A stretch of 45,947 nt of DNA from Candidatus Thorarchaeota archaeon (GCA_048884965.1 JBHLQH010000029.1:1-45947), one strand, 5' to 3'; shown: positions 17,663 through 26,913, counted from the stretch's first letter. Notes: generated from the sequence alone by a model not told the origin. Numbers and translations: made by a program.

Positions 17663-18553
17663 ATGCACTTCGGAATCACAGCACTTGAGTTTGGCCCACT
17701 TAGTAAGGACCTCATCGCAGGTGGAATGGCCAGTTTCACCAATTTTGATACCGTCAAGCACATAGAAAGGATGCTTGAGATTGATCATATTTCCGTGCTG
17801 GAACTATCCTTCGATGTGTTGCATATCATTCCCAACGCATTCTCAGATCAGGTTCTTGATCGTCTAGTGCGGATGAAGGATGAGCTGGGTATCTCATATA
17901 CGATTCATCTTCCACTCTGGTCAATTGAGCTTGCAACTTTCAATGAACCTGTTAGAAAAGGAGGAGTCGAGAGTATTGTCAATTCCATCAATGTTGCAGA
18001 GCCGTTGGAGCCTGAAGCGTATGTCCTGCACACGACAGGCGCCCTAGCAACAGAGTTCTCGAAGTTGACATTCTCTCCAAATATCGTGAATATAATATGC
18101 ACACTGATGTCCAGTTTTGCTGCAACAAGTGTGGAGGAGATACTAGCTCAGACCAACATCGACTCACGAAAATTGGCTATCGAGAACCTAGAATTCCCCT
18201 TCGATATCACTAGGAGTGTGGTTGATGAATATGATACAGGCATCTGCTTTGATACAGGCCATCTTCTTGCACAGATGTGTGGTACCGAGTCGGTCATTGA
18301 ATTCTATCACAAGCACAAAGATAGGATCATCGAACTTCATCTGCATGATGGCAGTGCGATGAAGACCGACGTAGGTTCTGGATTTATCGACCACAGAGCA
18401 TTGGGTACTCAAGATCTACCTGTTCGAGAGTTCCTCAAGGAACTCATGCATGACAGATTCGATGGTCCCATCATCTTCGAGCTCACTGCTGATGAGGCAC
18501 GTCAATCACTAGATCATATCAAGCAAGTAGTTCCTGAGGCGATCGATTCCTAG
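17663..18553 (+). CDS. Xylose-isomerase/AP-endonuclease-2 TIM-barrel protein (possibly CbiR-like)
   Basis: YTIHLP, YVLH, LAIENL, CFDTGHL, ELHLHDG, DHRALG, IIFEL metal-ligand pattern. Confidence 0.8.
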   Translation: MHFGITALEFGPLSKDLIAGGMASFTNFDTVKHIERMLEIDHISVLELSFDVLHIIPNAFSDQVLDRLVRMKDELGISYTIHLPLWSIELATFNEPVRKGGVESIVNSINVAEPLEPEAYVLHTTGALATEFSKLTFSPNIVNIICTLMSSFAATSVEEILAQTNIDSRKLAIENLEFPFDITRSVVDEYDTGICFDTGHLLAQMCGTESVIEFYHKHKDRIIELHLHDGSAMKTDVGSGFIDHRALGTQDLPVREFLKELMHDRFDGPIIFELTADEARQSLDHIKQVVPEAIDS

Positions 18554-18695
18554 ATAACTGCGATTCTACTATGAACTGCGCGCCATATGTTAATCAATCG
18601 TCGAAGCGCCATTCGGCAATACGCTACTTTTATATCGTTAAATGCTTCACACTATTGTTACAAATTAGCGTATCGTACGCTAAGGAAGTGTGCAT

Positions 18696-19526
18696 ATGTC
18701 AGAGGAGATTGGTTTCAAAGATCTAATACTCTATCTCGCTGCTGTTGCGTTAGTACTATTTTACTTGGTATACATGCCCTGGGCGGCTATGTCATCAGTG
18801 ACTATCACCCTGAATACAGGCGTGATGTTATGGGTGTACTACTTTGCTCTTGTCCTAGGTTTGCTATTCCCCTTGTACTATGCAATTGGCAAAGAGAATA
18901 TGGCCTGGATGCTTCTAGGCCTGTCAATAATGCTGAACTCAGTGATACTCATCCTTGAGATGGGAACATGGTTATTGCCTGGGCTCTTCACTCTACTACT
19001 GGGTCTGTTCTTCCTCTTGCCTCCATTTATGGAAACAAGGATGGGCGACAAGTGGGACATGTGGAAGAACATCTTCCATATCCTGAGGGGCTTGATGATC
19101 ATCCTTGCAGTTGCATTCTATGCTAACTGGAACCTTGATGCGTTCATTGGGACGACAAGCTTCAACCATGCGATGCCTCAATTCCTGTTCATCGGTGGTG
19201 GGTTGTTCATTGCATTTGGTATAATCCTATTCATGTACGGCCTATTGAAGCTCCTGGCGGGTATGATGGGTGAGAAGATGGGCGGCTACTTCAAGGACCT
19301 CGCAAGCATCTTCTACATTCTCATGGTGATTGTATTCCTGCTTGGAATCACCTACAATGTGTTCTTCTATCCCGGTGGTGGGTATTGGGGTGCATTGGTA
19401 ACATCGTCATCAATCGCATTCTTCTCACAGATGTTCCTCATTGGACTCTCCAATTTGGGTGCAATCCTGTTGATCATCATCTACATCTACGGTATGATGA
19501 AGATCGTCGAGAAGAACAAACAATAA
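18696..19526 (+). CDS. Polytopic membrane protein (~8 TM), unknown function
   Basis: Alternating hydrophobic segments, C/G-ending codon bias, own TATA-like box (TTTTATAT ~18628) and terminator. Confidence 0.75.
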   Translation: MSEEIGFKDLILYLAAVALVLFYLVYMPWAAMSSVTITLNTGVMLWVYYFALVLGLLFPLYYAIGKENMAWMLLGLSIMLNSVILILEMGTWLLPGLFTLLLGLFFLLPPFMETRMGDKWDMWKNIFHILRGLMIILAVAFYANWNLDAFIGTTSFNHAMPQFLFIGGGLFIAFGIILFMYGLLKLLAGMMGEKMGGYFKDLASIFYILMVIVFLLGITYNVFFYPGGGYWGALVTSSSIAFFSQMFLIGLSNLGAILLIIIYIYGMMKIVEKNKQ

Positions 19527-19540
19527 TCCACAGGACTTTC

Positions 19541-19580
19541 AGAGAGAGGGTACTCCTCTCTCTTGCTTTTCTTTTTCATT
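19541..19580 (+). terminator. Hairpin + pyrimidine tract terminator
   Basis: AGAGAGAGG-gtact-CCTCTCTCT (19541-19563), then TGCTTTTCTTTTTC. Confidence 0.7.
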
Positions 19581-19656
19581 CATTTCAGCTGACTACACTA
19601 TCGAAATAATATTGTACTGATTTGCATATAGATTGGCAATCGAATAGAACATCAAC

Positions 19657-21396
19657 ATGAGAGTGTGTTTATCTTTGGTAAACTTCCTTCATCGAGCACT
19701 GAGTGTCACCGATTTGAATCCAGAAGCTAAGCGATTCATCTCCAGAGCTACGAGTGTTATGCTTGTATACGGGTTCGCTGTTATGCTGACGAACACATTC
19801 CTGATTCTTCATGCACTAGAGTATGTTTCAATCACGGAGCTTTCGCTGATATTGGCTGTTCAGTTCGCCATTCAAGCAGTAACTAGCTACCCTGCAGGTG
19901 CATTTGGTGACTGGATTGGACAAAGGTGGGTCATTTTCGTAGCTGCACTATCATATGGAATTGGGTTCATCTTTCTCTCACAAGCTTTTGATTTTCTAAC
20001 TATTTTACTGGCCTTTGTTTTCGTTGCATTTGCTCTAAGTCTAGAGTCTGGTACCTACATTGCATGGTTTGATAACAACTACAAGCTGTACGCCACGGAA
20101 GATGAAGATCGACGCATATATTCACAATTCTATGGCAAGTTCACAATGTTCAATGAGATTCTAACTGCGATATCCTTCATTTTAGGTGGATTCTTCCTTG
20201 CCTTTATTGAACGCAGATTCATGTTTCTCCTTCAGGGAATTCTTCTGCTCTTAGTTTCTGGTTCACTGCTTTTCTTCATCAGGGACCATAAAGATCTGAA
20301 GCGAGGCAAGGTAAGCATCAGAGCTTATTTTCGATATCTTGGAGGCGGGGTGACTACAGTCATCCAAAATAGCACTCTAAGGTTGATGGTTCTAGGTTTG
20401 ATGATTTCAGGAGCTGGTTGGGCGATATGGAGCGGGTTGCTACTCTTCCCATTCTACGCATCATACGCAACTACAGATGCATTGACAGCAATCCTACGCG
20501 CCAGCATCTTCATACTTGGAGCCTTTGGAGTTGGAGTTGCAGGGATGATATCAAAGCGAATCAGGAAGCTGCAGAAGTGGCTTGCATTGGCAGTCCTGCT
20601 AACTGATGTCATGTTCTTCTTAGGGATCTATGTGATACTAGGTATCAATCCCGCACAATCAACATTTGCTCTAGCATCCGTCGTTCTTATGGTCCTCACT
20701 TTTGCACTATCTTTTAGTCCCAGATACCTAGCAGATGTATTGAGACCCCGATTCTACTTGGATGTGATTCCGAACGAGAATCGGAATGCGGTATACTCCC
20801 TCTTGCCTACTCTTGTCATGGTTGCAAGCATCTTTGTGGTTCCTATAGGTGGCATATTGATAGAAACCCTTGGCATCGAAACAACGATTCTTGTACTTGC
20901 TCTAAACGGTCTACTCGGATCAAGTATCACAGCTCTTGCAATATACAGACACAAGTCAGTGAGAGAAATTAGTGCTGAGGCCATTGAAATCTGCTGTCCC
21001 GTTTTCCCGAGCAAAGTAATGGACACACAATCAATAGTCCCACTGAGTCTACCATGTTGCTGGTCATTCGATCCAATTACGGAGTATATTTGGAGTCAGT
21101 TACGAGAAACTGCATTGGAGGATGGGGTGATAACAAAAGAGGAAGGAGTACTAATTGATAGAATCGTGCTTGACATTAGAGCATATGGCAAGCTGGTAGA
21201 AAAAGCACTTGAAGATGGACAGATTGACCATAGCGAACAACACTCGATTCTCAGAGCTCGCGAAAGGATCTGGATAGAAGCTCATAACAATGCTGCCACC
21301 TCTGATATCTTGAGTGATGATGCCAAGCAAATTCTCATCACTTTGACCAAACTTCTTGAAAACATCGATACTCGACGTATGTTTGATGTTTCTTGA
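19657..21396 (+). CDS. MFS transporter with extra C-terminal soluble domain
   Basis: MFS motif A (YPAGAFGDWIGQR), about 12 TM, followed by ~145 aa with CC pairs and two ALEDGxI repeats. Confidence 0.85.
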   Translation: MRVCLSLVNFLHRALSVTDLNPEAKRFISRATSVMLVYGFAVMLTNTFLILHALEYVSITELSLILAVQFAIQAVTSYPAGAFGDWIGQRWVIFVAALSYGIGFIFLSQAFDFLTILLAFVFVAFALSLESGTYIAWFDNNYKLYATEDEDRRIYSQFYGKFTMFNEILTAISFILGGFFLAFIERRFMFLLQGILLLLVSGSLLFFIRDHKDLKRGKVSIRAYFRYLGGGVTTVIQNSTLRLMVLGLMISGAGWAIWSGLLLFPFYASYATTDALTAILRASIFILGAFGVGVAGMISKRIRKLQKWLALAVLLTDVMFFLGIYVILGINPAQSTFALASVVLMVLTFALSFSPRYLADVLRPRFYLDVIPNENRNAVYSLLPTLVMVASIFVVPIGGILIETLGIETTILVLALNGLLGSSITALAIYRHKSVREISAEAIEICCPVFPSKVMDTQSIVPLSLPCCWSFDPITEYIWSQLRETALEDGVITKEEGVLIDRIVLDIRAYGKLVEKALEDGQIDHSEQHSILRARERIWIEAHNNAATSDILSDDAKQILITLTKLLENIDTRRMFDVS

Positions 21397-21438
21397 GAGT
21401 TGAAAACAAGTCTTAGCGAGTTCTGACAAGTTCCTTCT

Positions 21439-22089
21439 TCAAGGATAGCAGAGTTCCCATGTAGGATGAAAGTTGTGAATTAGGTTCATTATCTCATTGT
21501 AGTCTGCTTCGCCCATTACCCGCCTTGGACAAATCGCCTCATCATTCAGATATACACCAAAGTGAACATGATCAAATTCACCCACTCTAAGAAATCTACC
21601 CATCCCATCCCCTTTTGATACCCAATCACCTACTTCTATACCTAACATTGCTGCTTGTTGAGCTCTATTGGATGTATCATTTGCAAACCCTTCAAATCCA
21701 TATTCTATCCAGACAGACTCGTTGAATCTTATTTGGACCCCCACTTTATAGTAATCAGTTCCTTCCAGATAACGAAGTTCTATTGACTGAACAACACCCG
21801 GCGCTGCAGCAATCACAACTGAGTCGTTGTGGAAGAAATAGTCAATCCCATTGTGGATGAATCCCCACGGACAGCTGTCGCTCTCGCTGTATCCATCATT
21901 GAAGTAAGTAATGTTGGATTGATCAGAATATATCACGCCCATGTTGTTGAGTATGGTTGAATCGTATCTCCCACCATTATCAAAGACATCGTTATCTGGT
22001 TCATATGAACCCATTAGAAAAAGAGCTCCGACTCCAGCTACCAAGATGAGTATGATTAAGACGACGCAGATTCTTCTATTCATATACAC
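21439..22089 (-). CDS. Membrane-anchored M23 (LytM-like) metallopeptidase
   Basis: N-terminal TM anchor; HNGIDY (HxxxD), VIAAAPGVV, VGDWVSKG, HVHFGV (HxH). Confidence 0.8.
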   Translation of the reverse strand: MYMNRRICVVLIILILVAGVGALFLMGSYEPDNDVFDNGGRYDSTILNNMGVIYSDQSNITYFNDGYSESDSCPWGFIHNGIDYFFHNDSVVIAAAPGVVQSIELRYLEGTDYYKVGVQIRFNESVWIEYGFEGFANDTSNRAQQAAMLGIEVGDWVSKGDGMGRFLRVGEFDHVHFGVYLNDEAICPRRVMGEADYNEIMNLIHNFHPTWELCYP

Positions 22090-22217
22090 CTAGGACCAAA
22101 TGCAAATCTAAAGTGTTTTGGCTAGTCCGATTAGAGTTGACCAAGTCTTCAAATAGCTCAACGTCACAACCTTTTTATCAGATTCACGTGCAAGACGATT
22201 CCACGAACACATGCCTT

Positions 22218-22325
22218 GGGCCCGTGGCATAGACTGGTTATTGCGCCGCTCTGATAAGGCGGATGTCGCGTGTTCAAATGGTGCCGTGATTTCCACGACA
22301 TCTGAGAGTCACGTCGGGCCCACCA
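22218..22325 (+). tRNA. tRNA-Ile(GAU) with 30-nt non-canonical intron at 59/60 (22279..22308), CCA encoded
   Basis: Acceptor GGGCCCG/CGGGCCC; anticodon arm CCGCT-CT-GAT-AA-GGCGG (GAT 22253-22255); T stem GCGTG/CACGT; removing the intron restores T-loop TTCAAAT; A-CCA at 22322-22325; TTTTTAT upstream at ~22172. Confidence 0.93.
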
Positions 22326-22366
22326 TGCTCATTCTATTTATTACCCCCCATGCCATAGCTTACACT

Positions 22367-22918
22367 ATGAGAGCCCTAGTCGTCTACTTCTCCCAAACTG
22401 GAAATACACGGATACTAGCAGAGAAGATACATGATGTGATTTCAACTCAACTAGAGGCAGATATTGGTATTGTGAGATCTATTGGATTGGATAGGCTAGA
22501 CCAGTACAATGTACTCTTTGTTGGCACACCCTGCCATGATAGCGATTTAGCTCCACCAGTGAAGGGTTTTCTTGATAGACTTCCAGAATCTCCTCGATTC
22601 AAGGTCGCAGGATTCTTCACCCATGCGACCACCATGCCTGATAGTGATCGAAATAAGGAATTGTATGATCAATGGGCAGGTAGATGCATTCCATCCTTTG
22701 AGAATGCATGCAGCCGCAAGAATATCGAGTACTTGGGAACCTTTCACTGTCAAGGAAAAGCAAGTGAACCAATTGAACAATTTATTCATCAGCAAATCAT
22801 AACTGATGAGGATGAGTGGAATCAATATCTTGCGGACCTTCGAACGCATCCAACTGCCAGTGAGATAGAGCATGCTGAGAGATTTGCTTTAGACATCATA
22901 GGCAGGCTGCAACAATGA
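22367..22918 (+). CDS. Flavodoxin-family protein
   Basis: MRALVVYFSQTGNTRILAE FMN-phosphate loop, LFVGTP, FFTH, FHCQG. Start refined because the upstream ORF extension is the tRNA. Confidence 0.9.
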   Translation: MRALVVYFSQTGNTRILAEKIHDVISTQLEADIGIVRSIGLDRLDQYNVLFVGTPCHDSDLAPPVKGFLDRLPESPRFKVAGFFTHATTMPDSDRNKELYDQWAGRCIPSFENACSRKNIEYLGTFHCQGKASEPIEQFIHQQIITDEDEWNQYLADLRTHPTASEIEHAERFALDIIGRLQQ

Positions 22919-22979
22919 TGGTGTCCTTTCACGGCAAATTTTTAACTTGAATAGCGATGCCACATTTGAGGGAATTCGC

Positions 22980-23363
22980 ATGCCAAAAAAGAAGAAGAGT
23001 TCGAATTCAAAGCTACCAGTTGCCGTGCTTGTAGTTGCTTTGGTTGCCTGTGCTATCATCATTCTTCATGATGGTCTAGTTGGTGTAACCCCAATAGAGG
23101 ATATTCTTGAGTTTGACATTATTGATGGCTTTGACATGGATGATGGAACAGTTGTCACTGTCAAGGGTACGATAACATCAATTACTGGGGACTGGGTAGT
23201 TATCAATGATGGAACAGGATCGATAGGTTTCGAATGGGACGCTGCAGATGATTTGACAGAAGATACAGTCGTCGTTGTAAGAGGTGTCGTAGACACCACC
23301 TTACTCGTTGTTCGGATACTTTCTGATGTTTCATCAGTACAACCAATTTGGCTATTTGCGTAA
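22980..23363 (+). CDS. Membrane-anchored OB-fold-like protein
   Basis: Basic N-terminus, one TM, then VTVKGTIT..INDGTGSI..VVVVRGVV. Confidence 0.7.
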   Translation: MPKKKKSSNSKLPVAVLVVALVACAIIILHDGLVGVTPIEDILEFDIIDGFDMDDGTVVTVKGTITSITGDWVVINDGTGSIGFEWDAADDLTEDTVVVVRGVVDTTLLVVRILSDVSSVQPIWLFA

Positions 23364-23390
23364 GCAATCGGTCAAAAGAAAATAGCCATT

Positions 23391-23416
23391 TTCTATGGGG
23401 GAATCCCCCCATAGAA
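23391..23416. terminator. Perfect 11-bp hairpin between convergent genes
   Basis: TTCTATGGGGG-aatc-CCCCCATAGAA. Confidence 0.6.
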
Positions 23417-23546
23417 GGCGGCGCTCTTTCCTATTAGATTTCGATTATAGGATGAATACAAGCTCACTGCAAAGAGCATCATTTGTATAGACATCTTCGC
23501 AGGGGAGTCGGTTTCATAGTAGATTTCTCCCCTCTTCAAACACACT

Positions 23547-24746
23547 CTACTTCCTTTTCCTCATCTGTATTGCAACCAAAACGATTACCACCGACGCAAT
23601 TGCGCCTCCCAGAATAAGTGGTGTCAAGTCTATCGGATTGGGTATAGACGGCCCCTCTATGGCAGCAGGGATGATATATTCTCGCAGAGCATGCAGCCAC
23701 TGGTTCCTAAGGAAATCTCCCGTGCTATCATACCCTGTTACAATCGCTACGATGTTGTACTCGGGGATAATCGAAACAGCCCGTGCAGTGAAACCTACAG
23801 CATTATAGATACCCGCACCTCTATAGATCCACCAGAGATAGCCATAGTCCTTAATCGTGTTGACGTTGATATGGGACGAGCTCGACTGGATGATCCATGA
23901 CTGCGGAACGATCTGTGCTCCATCCCACGATCCATTGTTCAGATACAAATACCCGAACTTGGCTATATCGCGTAGAGATAGTTCCAATCCTCCGCCACCA
24001 TCATATATCCCCTGTGGATCTGCACCCCAGTCATATTCAGTGATACCCAGTGGCTCAAAGAGCATAGTTTCAGCAAACTCCAAGGTTGTCATCCCAGTTA
24101 CATTCTCCAATATGGCAGAAAGGATGTGAGCAAGTCCGGAGTTGTACTCGAAGAATGTTCCCGGCTCATGAATCATGGTCTTATCCAGTACATATTGGAC
24201 CCAATCATCTTGCACGCGCATGGATATAGGGTCAGTATTCTCCTCCCAGCTAAGACCTGCTGTGTTCGTCAATAAATGTTCAATAGTGATTGACTCCTTT
24301 CTGGCATCGTAATTATCGATCTCTAGATCTGGAAAGAACTCTAGTATGGGGTCGTCAATCCCAAGTATGTCTTGGTCAAGCGCTATGCCTACCAAGGCTG
24401 ATATGATGCTTGAAGTACAGGAAAGGATGTCAAGTGTCCTATTTTCCCCCAATGTTGTGCTAAGATATTCCTCAAGGACTATGTACCCGTTTCGAACAAC
24501 TAGGACTCCTGTAGGATGAAGAGCGCTCTCATTATCGAGGTAATCCATCAATTCCACAAGCTTTGTGGCATTCATCCCTTGTTCGTCCGGTGTTGAGGAA
24601 CTCCATGATGTGGTAGGCCAATAGTTTGAGCCATCCTGAGCAAGATTCTGACCAGCTGCAATCTTACCTATTCCCAGTATCAGAAACAGCATCATGAGTG
24701 CCATTACAAAGTTAGTGAACCCCTTAGATCTCATAATTCGCTTCAA
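23547..24746 (-). CDS. Beta-lactamase/PBP-fold serine hydrolase (AmpC/NylB-like), secreted with C-terminal TM anchor; SxxK motif altered
   Basis: LVVRNGYIVLE, ITIEHLLTNTAGL, PGTFFEYNSG, LFEPLGI, AKFGYLYLNNGSW, YGYLWW; SCTS at the SxxK position. Confidence 0.88.
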   Translation of the reverse strand: MKRIMRSKGFTNFVMALMMLFLILGIGKIAAGQNLAQDGSNYWPTTSWSSSTPDEQGMNATKLVELMDYLDNESALHPTGVLVVRNGYIVLEEYLSTTLGENRTLDILSCTSSIISALVGIALDQDILGIDDPILEFFPDLEIDNYDARKESITIEHLLTNTAGLSWEENTDPISMRVQDDWVQYVLDKTMIHEPGTFFEYNSGLAHILSAILENVTGMTTLEFAETMLFEPLGITEYDWGADPQGIYDGGGGLELSLRDIAKFGYLYLNNGSWDGAQIVPQSWIIQSSSSHINVNTIKDYGYLWWIYRGAGIYNAVGFTARAVSIIPEYNIVAIVTGYDSTGDFLRNQWLHALREYIIPAAIEGPSIPNPIDLTPLILGGAIASVVIVLVAIQMRKRK

Positions 24747-24868
24747 CTTACGATTTGTAATTTAAACGAAGCATATGGCGCAATGAATGAGCTTATACTT
24801 GCATCCAATCCTCTGTTGGCTTGAATCGGTAATAACTATCTGTGCGTTTGTCACAATCATAGTCAATC

Positions 24869-26764
24869 TTATAGCTTGAGAGTGAAGATATACTCCTCAT
24901 CAGCCATGCTCATCTTGCTCTCAACAACCTTGCCGGTCTTGTGGATGAATCTGATCATGTGATGATTTTGGGGGTGTACATAGGCGATGAAGGCATCAAC
25001 GCCCTTGCTCTTTGCGATTCTCATGAGCTGGTTCAGAAGGAATGTACCGACACCTCTTCCCTGATAGTCGTCCTGAACGAGGAGTCCGAACTCTGCTTGG
25101 TTGGTATTCCTGTTCAAGAGGTACCTACCAGCACCTATTATTCTCTCAACGTCAGTTTCTTTGTCTAGTCGGATAGTTGCGACGATAGAGATGTCTGCAT
25201 CTTGGTCAACGTTGTAGAAATCCTGTAAGGTCTGTCTTCTCAAGCTCTTCAGAGGGGTCAGGAATCTGAAATAGATGCTTTCTTCTGACAGGTCGTAGAA
25301 CAGCTCCTTTATTCGATCTGAGTCATCGGGTCTGATCAGCCTGAATTGCACATCGATTGGTCCATCTGGTCCCTTGAAGGTTTCTCTTGTTTCATACTCA
25401 CTAGCAAAGTATGTTCCTTGCACTTGGAACGGTACTTGGTCCTCGAAGACATAATGCATATTCTTTGCAGCTTCAAGTAATTGATTCCTAAACTTCGGAT
25501 GTGCGATAGCGATCAGTGAAAGCACACGTTCTCTGATGGTCTTTCCATGAAGATTCGCCAAGCCATACTCAGTGATGATGACGTCAACATCTCCTCGTGT
25601 TGTGACCACTCCTGCTCCTTCGCTCAATCTTGGGACAATCCTTGATACTTGGTCGTCCATTGCAGTCGACTGAATGCAGATGACCGCTTTTCCTCCAGGT
25701 GAGCGAGATGCGCCTCGGATGAAGTCGACCTGTCCTCCAATACCACTGTAGAACTTGTGCCCGATTGAATCCGCACAGACCTGCCCCGTTAAGTCAATCT
25801 CCAGAGCTGAATTGATAGCTATCATCTTCTTGTTCTGTCCGATGACATAGGGATCATTGACATACTCACTTGGATGGAAATGGAACATCGGATTTCCATC
25901 AATATAATCGTAAAGCTTCTTGGTACCCATGGCAAAGCTCGCGATGACCTTGCCACGATGCAATGTCTTTGCGCGATTGGTTATGATACCTCCTTCAATG
26001 AGGGGAATGAGACTATCGCTAAACATCTCAGTGTGTATACCAAGGTCTCTTACCCCTGTTTCCAAGAGGTTATTGCACACCGCTTGAGGGAGGGCACCAA
26101 TTCCCAGCTCAAGGGTTGACTCATTCTCAATGAGCCTCGCGACATAGGACCCGATCAGTGAGATGGTTTCATCCCCTTCGCCTGACTCGAACTCTCGTAG
26201 GGGTTCCGTGAATGGTACCAGATAGTCGATGTCCTTGATGTTGATGAAGGAGTCTCCATGAGTGACAGGCATATTCTCATTGACCTGTGCGATGACGATA
26301 TCTGCACTCTCCGCACCTGCCTTAGTGATGTCCACAGAAATCCCAAGGGAGCAATACCCATGTTCATCGGGAGGACTGACCTGAATCATAGCGACATCAA
26401 GGGGCATACGTTTAGACCGAAAGAGACGCGGGATATCTGAAAGCATGATTGGAGAATAGTCAGCTCGTCCATCAGCAACCGCAGCCCGTATATTCTCTGA
26501 AACGAAGAAGGTGTTATGTCTGAACTGTGACTGGAACTTCAAGTCTGCGGAGGGAGTATCTCCAAGGGTCAGAAGATGGACGATTTCATTGTCAGACATT
26601 CTATCAGCAAGCTTTGCTAGTTCCTGTACGAGATGATATGGCACGCCACATCCTGTTCCTAGGAAGATTCGGGAGCCTCGTTTTATCTTCTTGATGGCAG
26701 CATTTGCAGTCAATACTTTGCTCTTGTACTTCTCAGTCCATTTTGGCCCGACCACTGGATTCAC
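24869..26764 (-). CDS. Acetyl-CoA hydrolase/transferase (4-hydroxybutyrate CoA-transferase-like) fused to a C-terminal GNAT acetyltransferase
   Basis: QVSPPDEHGYCSLG, LGIGALP, GIHTEMFSD (catalytic Glu), SGIGGQVDFIRGA, IAHPKFR; GNAT part IRPDD..F.DLSEESIYFRF, AEFGLLVQDDYQGRGVGT. Confidence 0.92.
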   Translation of the reverse strand: MNPVVGPKWTEKYKSKVLTANAAIKKIKRGSRIFLGTGCGVPYHLVQELAKLADRMSDNEIVHLLTLGDTPSADLKFQSQFRHNTFFVSENIRAAVADGRADYSPIMLSDIPRLFRSKRMPLDVAMIQVSPPDEHGYCSLGISVDITKAGAESADIVIAQVNENMPVTHGDSFINIKDIDYLVPFTEPLREFESGEGDETISLIGSYVARLIENESTLELGIGALPQAVCNNLLETGVRDLGIHTEMFSDSLIPLIEGGIITNRAKTLHRGKVIASFAMGTKKLYDYIDGNPMFHFHPSEYVNDPYVIGQNKKMIAINSALEIDLTGQVCADSIGHKFYSGIGGQVDFIRGASRSPGGKAVICIQSTAMDDQVSRIVPRLSEGAGVVTTRGDVDVIITEYGLANLHGKTIRERVLSLIAIAHPKFRNQLLEAAKNMHYVFEDQVPFQVQGTYFASEYETRETFKGPDGPIDVQFRLIRPDDSDRIKELFYDLSEESIYFRFLTPLKSLRRQTLQDFYNVDQDADISIVATIRLDKETDVERIIGAGRYLLNRNTNQAEFGLLVQDDYQGRGVGTFLLNQLMRIAKSKGVDAFIAYVHPQNHHMIRFIHKTGKVVESKMSMADEEYIFTLKL

Positions 26765-26913
26765 CTCGATTCGTTATTCCATGCTCGACTTCGCCTTCCT
26801 ATATTCATTTCCTAAGGGCTCTTTTTTTTCCTCTCAATTTGACAATCTGAGCTGTAGGAAGGCTTTTAGTCAGGTTATTTTGGCTGGACGTTCAAGATTC
26901 GACAGTCTTCCAG

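Noticed and set aside
5086-22325. tRNA-anchored integrated element
   Set aside because: No integrase, no duplicated tRNA 3' end noticed, and the enclosed genes are housekeeping.
22211-22366. N-terminal 52-aa extension of the flavodoxin ORF, and minus-strand ORF 22108..22296
   Set aside because: Both overlap the tRNA-Ile gene. The flavodoxin fold starts at MRALVVY (22367).
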